Origin: Patescibacteria group bacterium
Lineage (GTDB): Bacteria; Patescibacteriota; Minisyncoccia; UBA6257; GWB1-50-10
Assembly (NCBI GenBank): GCA_024239035.1
Contig: JANBVK010000001.1
Location: forward strand, 423,062-487,061
Length of the DNA stretch: 64,000 nt
Reading direction: 5' to 3'
The translations under genes were made by a program, and so were the position numbers. Within the stretch, counting starts at the first letter, position 1; each line of letters starts with the position of its first letter. The notes beneath the pieces are model-generated. The model was not told the origin of the DNA, did not search any database, and saw only the letters and a list, made by a program, of their open reading frames with translations. Below, piece by piece: positions 36,182 through 45,501 of the stretch.

Positions 36182-38227
36182 ATGGATTTAAATAGAAAGA
36201 TTTACAAAACGGAATTAAATGGAGAACCGCTTTCACTTGAGATTTCAGAGTTGGCTCATAAGGCAAATGCTGCCGTGCTAGGCCGCCACGGAGAGACGGT
36301 AGTTTTAGCTACGGTTGTAATGAGCAAGAAAGATCAAGTCAGTGATTTTTTTCCTCTAACAGTTGATTATGAGGAGCGTTTCTACGCGGCCGGAAAAATA
36401 ATGGGATCAAGATTCATGAGGCGTGAAGGCAGGCCCTCTGACGAAGCGATTCTTTCAGACCGTCTCATTGACAGGTCTATCAGGCCTCTCTTTGACCCCC
36501 GCCTGAGGAGAGAGATTCAGGTAACAGTAACAGTACTGGCTTATGATGAAAAAAACGACCCGGACGCCATTGCTCTTATTGCTATCTCTACCGCTTTGGG
36601 AATATCCGATATTCCTTGGGGAGGGCCCGTTGCTGGCGTGAAACAGTTATCCCGCCGATCTGACGATGGACTTGAATACGATGCATTTTTTTCTGGACCC
36701 GAAGAGAGAATAAATATGATTGAATGTGAAAGTAACGAAATAGAAGAAAAAGAGGCAACCCTACTTTTTGGTAAGGCCCAGGAAGAAATTAAAAAACTTA
36801 TCGTTTTTCAAAATAAAATAATTAAGGAGATAGGGAAACAAAAAGAAGAAATAGTGCTCATAGAACCAGATCCACGTATCCAGGGTTTGGTGAGAAGTTT
36901 TATTAAAGATGATCTTGAGGAAGCAATTAAAGAAAAGACATTAGGTGATTTAAAATCCTCACTTTTTAAACACCTGGAGGAATCTGGAGAAGATAGTGAT
37001 GCGCTGAGAGCCGCGGATATTGTTTTTGAGGATGATATTAATTCTTACGTCCACAAACAAGCTCTTGAGAAAGAAGAACGCTCCGACGGCAGGAAACTTG
37101 ATGAGGTACGTGATCTCTACGCTGAAGTCGGCCTTTTTGAAAGAACTCACGGGTCAGGACTTTTTATTCGGGGGGATACTCAAATTCTTGCCGCTACTAC
37201 TCTGGCTCCACCTTCTGCTGAACAACTTATTGAAACAATAGAGATGACAGGAAAAAGACGATTTATGCTTCATTACAACTTCCCTAAGTTTTCTGTCGGT
37301 GAGACCGGTCGTTCTCGCGGTCCGGGCCGGCGGGAGATTGGTCATGGAGCACTTGCAGCAAAGGCGGTGCGAGCCCTACTTCCAACCAAGGACGAGTTTC
37401 CTTATACAATAAGAGTTGTAGCAGAAACATTATCTTCAAATGGTTCTTCATCAATGGCCTCTGTGTGCGCTACCTCTCTTTCTCTAATGGACGCCGGCGT
37501 TTCTTTGAAGAAACACATAGCGGGTATCGCGATGGGGTTGATGATCGATAATAACTCGGGGGAATTTAAGGTTTTAACCGATATTCAGGGTCCAGAAGAT
37601 CATCATGGTGATATGGACTTGAAGGTTGCAGGGACCAAAGACGGCATTACGGCTATTCAGATGGATGTAAAAGTTGAAGGAATCACCAAGGAGATGTTTG
37701 AGGCAGCTCTTGCACAAGCTCGCGAGGCCCGTCTTCATATTCTTAAGACCATGGAGAAAACACTACCCGCCCCGCGGCCGCAGGTTTCTCCGCATGCCCC
37801 GACTATCCTTACTCTTAATATTCACCCCGATAAGATTGGTGGGGTGATTGGCCCGGGAGGTAAAACAATTAACGGTATCATAGACCTTATGAATAAGGAA
37901 ATAACTATCGATATTGAGCAAGAGGGTAAGGTTTTTATTGCTGGTAGGAACCCGGAAATGGTGAGAAAAGCACTTGAGATTGTGAAGCAAATTGTAAAAG
38001 AATACAAAGTGGGGGAAATTGTTGAGGGGCCGATCGCGCGCGTGCTTGATTTCGGCGCAATTGTTGATTTAGGCGGCGGGCGGGACGGTATGATTCATGT
38101 CTCAGAGCTTAAAGAAGGGTTTGTAAAAAATGTGGAAGAGGTTGTGAAAGTTGGTGACCGCGTAAAAGCGAAAGTAATACGCGTGGAAAACGGAAAAATC
38201 GGCTTGTCGTTGAAGGGTATTAAGTAA
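36182..38227 (+). CDS. pnp: Polyribonucleotide nucleotidyltransferase
   Basis: FFPLTVDYEER, HGSGLFIRG, RREIGHG, SNGSSSMAS, GDMDLKVAG, plus KH and S1 domains. Confidence 0.97.
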   Translation: MDLNRKIYKTELNGEPLSLEISELAHKANAAVLGRHGETVVLATVVMSKKDQVSDFFPLTVDYEERFYAAGKIMGSRFMRREGRPSDEAILSDRLIDRSIRPLFDPRLRREIQVTVTVLAYDEKNDPDAIALIAISTALGISDIPWGGPVAGVKQLSRRSDDGLEYDAFFSGPEERINMIECESNEIEEKEATLLFGKAQEEIKKLIVFQNKIIKEIGKQKEEIVLIEPDPRIQGLVRSFIKDDLEEAIKEKTLGDLKSSLFKHLEESGEDSDALRAADIVFEDDINSYVHKQALEKEERSDGRKLDEVRDLYAEVGLFERTHGSGLFIRGDTQILAATTLAPPSAEQLIETIEMTGKRRFMLHYNFPKFSVGETGRSRGPGRREIGHGALAAKAVRALLPTKDEFPYTIRVVAETLSSNGSSSMASVCATSLSLMDAGVSLKKHIAGIAMGLMIDNNSGEFKVLTDIQGPEDHHGDMDLKVAGTKDGITAIQMDVKVEGITKEMFEAALAQAREARLHILKTMEKTLPAPRPQVSPHAPTILTLNIHPDKIGGVIGPGGKTINGIIDLMNKEITIDIEQEGKVFIAGRNPEMVRKALEIVKQIVKEYKVGEIVEGPIARVLDFGAIVDLGGGRDGMIHVSELKEGFVKNVEEVVKVGDRVKAKVIRVENGKIGLSLKGIK

Positions 38228-38310
38228 AAAACACGAGCACCCGCCCGGCTATCCACTTACTACTTTTATCCACAGGAGCATCGCAGTGAATGATTTATAA
38301 TAGTAGAGTA

Positions 38311-39507
38311 ATGGCAGAAGACTCTTTTAATCAAAAAGCTTGGCCTGAAGAAAAATCGGGACAGAATCAACCTCCTTCAATAGGAACAGGAGAAGGAGAA
38401 GTTCCTTTGGCTAAGCCTCCGGGGGCTCCGAAGGAACCGAAAGTTGACGTAAGAACTTCTACTTCCGATATTAAGTCAATGCAGGAAAGTGGCGGTGGTC
38501 CTCCGCGACCATATACCCCACCACCTCCGCCAACCGGAGGTGAAGGCGGGCAGCAAATCCCACCTGCTGCCCCAGAGAAGAAACAATCGTTTAGTCAGGT
38601 GTTTAAACCGCCGCAGGTGGAACAGTCACCCACCCCAGCCAAGCTTCCTGAATCTTCAGGGGGAATGCAGGTTGGTGCTGAGAAATCTAAGAAGGGTTTG
38701 TTTTTGGGTATCTTAGCTTTGATTATTGTTGTCGGCTTAGTTGCAGCTGGTTATTTCTTCGTTTATCCGTTTTTCTTTCAAGCAGAAGAAGTTGTCGAGG
38801 TACCACAAGAATCTGTTTCCCCGCCGTCCGCTGAAGTCCCAACCATTCCGGAAGTACCGGCTATCCCGGAGGTACCAGAAGTTCCTTTAGAAGGTGAACA
38901 GGTTGAGGAAGAAGCCGAAGTTATGGAAGAGATTTCTCTGACGCCTACGATTACTGAACACACTTCTTCATTTAAAACTCCGGCTGATTTAAGCGAGGAC
39001 GTAGATCTTTTTGCCCTTGACCTTGGTAGTGTGAGGAGCTCAATACAATTCACGACTGCCGAAGTCCCCATTTTTAAAGAATTAGTTCTTAAAGATTCAG
39101 AGGGCAACTTCGTGAGTTTTAGTGGTTTAATGGACGCTTTATTACCGGCAGTCTTTAGTGGTGAGGTTATTGGAGTTTTTGAACCGGATTTCACTATGTT
39201 CGCTTACACGGACGATAAAGGAACCTGGCCGGGTTATGTTGCAAGACTAAGAAGCGGTGCAGTTTTGAGTGACGCAGAAGGCGGTGTGAGTCAACTCGAG
39301 AACGACACAAATATTACTAATCTATTCTTAATTGATCCTGGATCTTCAACAACTTGGGAGGGTGGTCAAACAGAAGGTGTTTCAAATCGATATCTGACTT
39401 TCAGTCAGAGTGGTGCGGGACTAAACTACGGATGGTTGAATAATGACACTCTTGTAATAGGAACTTCTTATTCTGGTTTTCAAGAAGCTCTCAAACATCT
39501 GAAATAG
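38311..39507 (+). CDS. Hypothetical membrane protein (Pro-rich N-terminus, one TM, acidic PEVP linker, globular C-domain)
   Basis: Long ORF with a clear TM segment. Confidence 0.75.
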   Translation: MAEDSFNQKAWPEEKSGQNQPPSIGTGEGEVPLAKPPGAPKEPKVDVRTSTSDIKSMQESGGGPPRPYTPPPPPTGGEGGQQIPPAAPEKKQSFSQVFKPPQVEQSPTPAKLPESSGGMQVGAEKSKKGLFLGILALIIVVGLVAAGYFFVYPFFFQAEEVVEVPQESVSPPSAEVPTIPEVPAIPEVPEVPLEGEQVEEEAEVMEEISLTPTITEHTSSFKTPADLSEDVDLFALDLGSVRSSIQFTTAEVPIFKELVLKDSEGNFVSFSGLMDALLPAVFSGEVIGVFEPDFTMFAYTDDKGTWPGYVARLRSGAVLSDAEGGVSQLENDTNITNLFLIDPGSSTTWEGGQTEGVSNRYLTFSQSGAGLNYGWLNNDTLVIGTSYSGFQEALKHLK

Positions 39508-39514
39508 AGTAGAG

Positions 39515-39542
39515 TTGACTTTTAAGAATCTCTTGCTATACT
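39515..39542 (+). promoter_or_regulatory. Putative sigma70 promoter of nusA
   Basis: TTGACT-N16-TATACT with TG extension; short hairpin at 39555-39575 in the leader. Confidence 0.55.
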
Positions 39543-39585
39543 TCCATCGTGTAGTCCGCTCTTTAGATGAGCGGATATTTTAATT

Positions 39586-40932
39586 ATGGACTTGAAGAAT
39601 TTATCTTCTGCGGTGGGGCAGATTGCTGAGGAAAAAGGCATTAAACCAGAGCAGGTTTTAGGCGCCATTGAATCGGCTATCGCCGCCGCTTATAAAAAAG
39701 AATATCGGAAACGATCAGAGTTTATTAGAGCAAAGTTCAATTTGAAAACCGGCGAGATTAAATTTCTTCAGATTAAATTTGTAGTTGATCCGTCCGAGGT
39801 GAGAGTTATAGAGGAGACAACTGATCAAGGTGACGAATCTCACTCAACCAGGCAATCCACCAGTAAAGAGAATGAACCCCATTATGGACGGGGAGACGAG
39901 CAAACTGTTTTACCTCGCTACAATCCCGATCGGCATATTTTTATTAAAGAAGCTCAAGCTTTTAAGTCGGGTGCTAAGAGTGGTGATGAATTAGAATTTC
40001 CGCTTGAAGTTCGCGAGGATTTTGGCAGGATTGCTGCTCAAGCTGCTAAGCAGGTAATTCTACAGAGTATCCGGGAGGCTGAAAGAGCGTCAATTAAAGA
40101 AGAATTTGCTGACAAAGAAGGAGAAATTGTGAGCGGCGTAGTGCAGCGTTTTGAACGGGGGAATGTATATGTTGATTTGGGACGAGCAGTCGGGGTTATG
40201 TTTCACAACGAAAGCGTTCCCGGAGAACATTATCGAGTTAGTCAACGACTCAGATTTTACGTTTTAGCGGTTCAGGACGACCCGAAAAGGCCGGGTATTA
40301 TTCTTTCACGGTCTCACCCTAAGTTTGTTACTAAACTTTTTGAGTTAGAGGTACCCGAGATACCTGATGGTGTTGTAGAAATAAAACAGATTACCCGAGA
40401 GCCGGGAAGTCGCACCAAGATTGCTGTTTTTTCTAATCAAGAAGGAGTTGATCCGGTTGGTTCGGCGGTTGGTCAGCGGGGAACGCGGGTTATGGCAGTT
40501 ACTAATGAACTGGGTAACGAGAAAATTGACGTCGTTGAATGGTCTGAAGATTCAGAAAAATATGTTGCTAACGCCCTTTCTCCAGCTAAAGTAAAACTGG
40601 TTGAGATTTTACCCCGGCGGGAAGCGCGGGTTCTTGTTACTGAAGATCAGTTAAGTCTGGCCATCGGTAAGGGTGGTCAGAACGTGCGGCTGGCGGCAAA
40701 GCTTACAGGTTGGAAGATTGATGTTCGGTCTCAGTCCCGACCAGAGGAAGTTCAAGAAGGAGGAGTCGCAGCCGTACCAGAAGATGACGTTCCTGAAACC
40801 GAGGAAAAAATTGCACTTGAAGAAACAACAGAAACAACAGAAACAACAGAAACAATAGAGACAGAAAAGAAACAAAAAAATAAAAAAGAGAAACAAAAAG
40901 AAGATAAAGAAAAACCCGACTCTAAAACCTAA
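39586..40932 (+). CDS. nusA: Transcription termination factor NusA
   Basis: [24 protein letters not shown] and [22 protein letters not shown] motifs. Confidence 0.98.
   Translation: MDLKNLSSAVGQIAEEKGIKPEQVLGAIESAIAAAYKKEYRKRSEFIRAKFNLKTGEIKFLQIKFVVDPSEVRVIEETTDQGDESHSTRQSTSKENEPHYGRGDEQTVLPRYNPDRHIFIKEAQAFKSGAKSGDELEFPLEVREDFGRIAAQAAKQVILQSIREAERASIKEEFADKEGEIVSGVVQRFERGNVYVDLGRAVGVMFHNESVPGEHYRVSQRLRFYVLAVQDDPKRPGIILSRSHPKFVTKLFELEVPEIPDGVVEIKQITREPGSRTKIAVFSNQEGVDPVGSAVGQRGTRVMAVTNELGNEKIDVVEWSEDSEKYVANALSPAKVKLVEILPRREARVLVTEDQLSLAIGKGGQNVRLAAKLTGWKIDVRSQSRPEEVQEGGVAAVPEDDVPETEEKIALEETTETTETTETIETEKKQKNKKEKQKEDKEKPDSKT
40822..40857 (+). repeat. 9-bp tandem repeat in the nusA tail
   Basis: (GAAACAACA)3 GAAACAATA encoding [12 protein letters not shown]. 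Confidence 0.85.
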
Positions 40933-40943
40933 CACCTAGATTC

Positions 40944-42908
40944 ATGTTATATCTAATCTTCATCCCTATCGCTATAGCGTTTCTCTACACGGGATATCTG
41001 CTTTATTGGCTCCGAAGGCAGCCCGCGGGTAGTGAGAAAATGCAGGAAATATCCCGCGCTATCCAAGAGGGATCAAAAACTTATCTTAATCGTCAATATA
41101 GAACAGTTGGTGTCGTTGCATTAATTCTTTTTATTATTATCGGTCTTGTATTCGGATGGCTCACCTCGTTCGGGTTTTTGGTTGGCGCGGGAGCCTCTGC
41201 GCTCGCGGGATATATTGGTATGAATGTAGCTGTTCGTTCTAACTCGAAAACAGCTCATGCTGCGGGAGTTGGACTGAAACCATCACTCTCTCTGGCGTTT
41301 AGAGCTGGATCGGTGACGGGGTTTTTAGTAGTAGCTTTAGGGCTTCTCGCCGTAGCTGCTTTCTATCTTTATACCAGAGACGTGAAAAGTTTAATTGGGC
41401 TTGGATTTGGCGCAAGTTTAATTTCTGTTTTTGCGCGGCTTGGTGGTGGAATTTTTACGAAAGCAGCCGATGTGGGAACTGACCTTGTCGGTAAAGTTGA
41501 AGCTGGTATTCCCGAAGATGATCCTCGGAACCCAGGTGTTATTGCTGATTTCGTCGGTGACAACGTCGGTGATTGTGCTGGTATGGCCGCTGATCTTTTT
41601 GAAACTTACGCGGTGACATTGATTGCTGCAATACTTATTGGCGCACTTACTCTCTCGGGCGTTCAAGTATTTTTCCCACTCATCTTGGGTGGACTCGCAA
41701 TATTGGCATCAGTCGTTGGCAGTTTTTTTGTGAGAATTGGTGAAGACCAAGGAATCATGAAAGCACTCTATAAAGGACTTATTGCTTCGCTTGTGATCTC
41801 TGGTGTTCTTTTTTACTTCGCTGCAGCATGGTATTTTCCAGAGAGGTCTTTAAATATTTTTCTCGCGAGCCTCGTTGGTCTTGTGGTGACAGCGCTTATG
41901 GTTGTAGTGACCGATTACTACACCTCTACAAAATATAAGCCAGTGAAAGACATTGCCGAAGCTTCTCAGTCTGGTCACGGAACAAATATTATCATAGGTC
42001 TCTCGGTTGGAATGAGGGCTACATTTTTACCAATTATAATTATTGTTGGCGGTATTTTAGTAGCACATGCCTTAGCTGGTATTTACGGCATTGCACTTGC
42101 TGCTACTGCGATGCTCTCAGTAGCAGGGATCATCGTTGCGATTGATTCCTTTGGCCCCATTACCGATAATGCTGGCGGCATTGCGGAGATGACTAATGCG
42201 CCCGAGAGTGTTCGCAAGACCACTGACGCGCTCGATGCAGTAGGCAATACCACTAAAGCGGTTACTAAAGGGTATGCAATAGCTTCAGCTGGGCTTGCGG
42301 CACTCGTGCTTTTTGCAGGATATGTTGAGGAGCTTTTGGGCGCAGCGAAGAATATTGTATTCGAGTTGCAGGACCCGCAAGTAATCGTCGGGCTTTTTTT
42401 GGGGGCTGCGATTCCTTACCTCTTTGGTTCCATTGCGATGCGCGCGGTCGGCAAAGCTGCTGGTTCGATTGTTACTGAGATTCGCAGGCAGTTCAGAGAA
42501 ATTAAAGGTCTTATGGAAGGAAACGCTAAACCTGAGTATGGTAAGGCAGTGGATATTGTGACAAAGGCAGCTCTAAAAGAAATGGTCCTACCCGCACTCT
42601 TACCTGTGGTTTCAGTTCTTGTTGTTGGTTTTGGGCTTGGTCCGGAAGCACTCGGAGGTTTTTTAATAGGTGTCATCATATCTGGTATTTTCGTTGCGCT
42701 TTCTATGACCTCGGGAGGCGCGGCTTGGGATAATGCCAAGAAATATATTGAGGAGGGAAATTTTGGCGGCAAAGGCTCGGAAGCTCACAAAGCGGCGGTA
42801 ACAGGTGACACTGTTGGAGATCCCTATAAAGACACCGCAGGTCCGGCAATAAATCCCCTCATAAAGGTTATCAACATTGTTGCTCTACTCATTGTTCCTT
42901 TTCTATAA
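40944..42908 (+). CDS. hppA: Membrane-bound ion-translocating pyrophosphatase
   Basis: [42 protein letters not shown] and [10 protein letters not shown] motifs. Confidence 0.97.
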   Translation: MLYLIFIPIAIAFLYTGYLLYWLRRQPAGSEKMQEISRAIQEGSKTYLNRQYRTVGVVALILFIIIGLVFGWLTSFGFLVGAGASALAGYIGMNVAVRSNSKTAHAAGVGLKPSLSLAFRAGSVTGFLVVALGLLAVAAFYLYTRDVKSLIGLGFGASLISVFARLGGGIFTKAADVGTDLVGKVEAGIPEDDPRNPGVIADFVGDNVGDCAGMAADLFETYAVTLIAAILIGALTLSGVQVFFPLILGGLAILASVVGSFFVRIGEDQGIMKALYKGLIASLVISGVLFYFAAAWYFPERSLNIFLASLVGLVVTALMVVVTDYYTSTKYKPVKDIAEASQSGHGTNIIIGLSVGMRATFLPIIIIVGGILVAHALAGIYGIALAATAMLSVAGIIVAIDSFGPITDNAGGIAEMTNAPESVRKTTDALDAVGNTTKAVTKGYAIASAGLAALVLFAGYVEELLGAAKNIVFELQDPQVIVGLFLGAAIPYLFGSIAMRAVGKAAGSIVTEIRRQFREIKGLMEGNAKPEYGKAVDIVTKAALKEMVLPALLPVVSVLVVGFGLGPEALGGFLIGVIISGIFVALSMTSGGAAWDNAKKYIEEGNFGGKGSEAHKAAVTGDTVGDPYKDTAGPAINPLIKVINIVALLIVPFL

Positions 42909-42922
42909 TTAAAACTCATTAG

Positions 42923-44293
42923 ATGCAGAATCAATCGTTGTCCGTTTTTAAGAACAAGAAAGTTTTAGTAATGGGTTTGGGGCTTTTAGGCGGCGGCGTC
43001 GCAACAACTAAGTGGCTGGTGAAACATGGCGCCAAGGTGACAGTGACAGACTTGCGGTCGCGACAGGAGCTCGGTTCTTCGATCAAGGCATTAGGGGTGA
43101 CAGCAAAAAAAGTTAAATTTGTTTTAGGAAGGCACCGCAGACAAGATTTTAAGACAAGTGAGATTGTCGTAGTAAATCCCGCCGTACCGCGCGAGAGTTT
43201 GTATTTGAAAGTCGCAAAGCGAAGCGGTGCCCAATTGGAAAATGAAGCCAGTTTATTTTTTAGGTTTTGTAAAAATCCCATTATCGCCGTTACCGGCACA
43301 AGAGGCAAAACCACAACCGTTAACTGGATTTACCATATTTTAAAAAGGAAATCCGCCAGTTGGCGGACGAGAGTAGTTCTAACAGGGAATTCTTCAGAGA
43401 ACCCGATGCTTAAATTTCTTGACGGGCTTGATGGAAAAAGCCCGGTAGTTTTAGAATTATCCTCCTGGCATCTTGAGCTTTTATCGCGGGCGGACCGCGG
43501 GCCACACGTCGCAGTCGTCACCAACATCTATCCAGATCATCTTAATCGTTACCGCAGTATGAAAGATTACGTGATGGCTAAGGTTAATATTTTCGGACGT
43601 CAGACCAAGGATGATTTCCTGGTATTAAATCGTGAAAATGCCTGGACGGGATTTCTCTTGCGGCAGAAACCTAAAAGTCGGGTAGTTTACTTTCCTGCAA
43701 AAATCCCCATTAACCGCAAGTATTTTGAGCAAATGTACGGTGCTCATAACGTGGAAAATCTTATGGCAGCTACTGTAGCTGCTCACCTATTCGGGGTCCC
43801 AAAATCTCTTATAAAAGACGCCATTCGCACCTTGCCATCTCTTCCATATCGTGAGGAAGTGATTATAAAAAAAGATAAACTGGTCGTTATAAACGACACG
43901 ACTGCCACTACACCCGAGGCTGCCATTTACGCCATAGAGCGTTTTCGTAAAAAAGGAACTGTTGTGCTAATTGCTGGCGGTAGTGATAAGAAACTTGATT
44001 TTAAAAATTGGGCGCAGGTTGTAAAACGAAATATCAAGCCGGAAAACCTCTTTTTAATAGATGGCAGCGCCACAAAGAAGATGGTTCGTGAATTAAAAAA
44101 ACTTGGCTACTTCTTAAAGGGTGAACCAAAATTATTTGAAGAACTCCTCGATCTACTAAAAGCTGTGCGCGACACCACTGAATCACGCCACATTATTCTC
44201 TTTTCGCCGGCTGCGACGAGTTTCGAGAAGTTTCAAAATGAGTTTGATAGAGGCAGGCAGTTCAACCTCTACTCAAAAAAGTTATTCGCCTAA
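42923..44293 (+). CDS. murD: UDP-N-acetylmuramoyl-L-alanine--D-glutamate ligase
   Basis: VMGLG, VTGTRGKTT, ELSS, DHLNRY, NDTTAT and SPAATSF motifs. Confidence 0.95.
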   Translation: MQNQSLSVFKNKKVLVMGLGLLGGGVATTKWLVKHGAKVTVTDLRSRQELGSSIKALGVTAKKVKFVLGRHRRQDFKTSEIVVVNPAVPRESLYLKVAKRSGAQLENEASLFFRFCKNPIIAVTGTRGKTTTVNWIYHILKRKSASWRTRVVLTGNSSENPMLKFLDGLDGKSPVVLELSSWHLELLSRADRGPHVAVVTNIYPDHLNRYRSMKDYVMAKVNIFGRQTKDDFLVLNRENAWTGFLLRQKPKSRVVYFPAKIPINRKYFEQMYGAHNVENLMAATVAAHLFGVPKSLIKDAIRTLPSLPYREEVIIKKDKLVVINDTTATTPEAAIYAIERFRKKGTVVLIAGGSDKKLDFKNWAQVVKRNIKPENLFLIDGSATKKMVRELKKLGYFLKGEPKLFEELLDLLKAVRDTTESRHIILFSPAATSFEKFQNEFDRGRQFNLYSKKLFA

Positions 44294-44322
44294 ATTTAGT
44301 CGGGAGATAACCGCGCTCTACT

Positions 44323-44763
44323 TCAGTCAATTTTCACTTTAAGTTTTTTTGCTTTCTTGCGGTTTAGCTTTGGCATTTTTATGGTGAGCACTCCGTTTTT
44401 GAGAGAGGCAGTTGATTTCTCTGGGTCAACTTCTTGAGGGAGGATGATGGACCGGGAGAATCTTCCCCAAAAACATTCCTGATAGAAATAATCTTTTTCC
44501 TCAATTTTTTCCATTTTCTCCCGCTTACCGTGGATGGTGACAGACTCGTTGGTAATGTTGATTTCTAAATTTTCTGGATTAACGCCAGCAACCGTTGATT
44601 GCACAACAACCACATCTTTGTTCTGGTAAACATCAACGGTTAACTGACCCTCAACTTCTTCTTCAAGGTCTAGGGAAGTGTCTTCTGTTTCAATTTTAAG
44701 AGATTTAGGTTCGCTTTTTACCTTAGCTAACTCTGCAAAAATGTCTTCTTTATTTTCTTCCAT
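44323..44763 (-). CDS. Hsp20/alpha-crystallin small heat-shock protein
   Basis: GRFSRSIILP and ASLKNGVLTIKMPK motifs. Confidence 0.95.
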   Translation of the reverse strand: MEENKEDIFAELAKVKSEPKSLKIETEDTSLDLEEEVEGQLTVDVYQNKDVVVVQSTVAGVNPENLEINITNESVTIHGKREKMEKIEEKDYFYQECFWGRFSRSIILPQEVDPEKSTASLKNGVLTIKMPKLNRKKAKKLKVKID

Positions 44764-44788
44764 TGTGATTTATTATAGCACACATTAT

Positions 44789-45484
44789 TTATTTCCATGT
44801 GTCTTTGGTTTTTAATTTCTCAAAATCTTGGAGTACAAAAAACGATGCAACAATAAGGAAAACGCCCGCGTATAGTAAATTACTACTCTCAAATTTGAGG
44901 ATAAGATAATTAAATATTGCATGAACAAGGGTTGCAATAATAACGCCTTTGACTAAGAAAGGAGCTACCCGCGTCTCTAATTTACCCCTCGCCCAGTAGA
45001 AGCCCAAGAGCCCGGAAGCCAAAACGTGTAGCAGCGTTGCTCCTACAGACCTTAAAAGCAGAACACTTGCAGCCTGGGATAGTGAAGTGAAAGTAGCGGC
45101 GGTAAGGACGTTACTTAAAATAAAGAGGTTTTCAACAGCCGCGAAACCGAGCGCAGCTGTAATCATATAAATCATTGCGTCTACGGGTTCATCGAAAGCA
45201 GAATTTTTGTGTATTGCCAAATAGGCTGCGAGAAATTTAGAAAGCTCTTCAATGAACGCTAAAACGACGACAATCAGTATTACTTCAATAAAGGTTGATA
45301 GATAGTTTTGAAAGACAATCTGAATTATTAGAGCCGGTACGGTGATTAGAGCACCAACGCTGAAAGTGTAGATAATTAGACGTTTTGGTTCGGGATGAAC
45401 ATCTTCTTTCAAAAAGAAGAAAAGCCACGCTAAACTTGGCAACACCGCTCCGATGATTATTAAAAAAGATAATACTACAACCAT
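44789..45484 (-). CDS. PrsW family glutamic intramembrane protease
   Basis: IEELSK, LGFAAVEN and HAIFN motifs. Confidence 0.92.
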   Translation of the reverse strand: MVVVLSFLIIIGAVLPSLAWLFFFLKEDVHPEPKRLIIYTFSVGALITVPALIIQIVFQNYLSTFIEVILIVVVLAFIEELSKFLAAYLAIHKNSAFDEPVDAMIYMITAALGFAAVENLFILSNVLTAATFTSLSQAASVLLLRSVGATLLHVLASGLLGFYWARGKLETRVAPFLVKGVIIATLVHAIFNYLILKFESSNLLYAGVFLIVASFFVLQDFEKLKTKDTWK

Positions 45485-45501
45485 AAATAACGCAGATTAC
45501 G

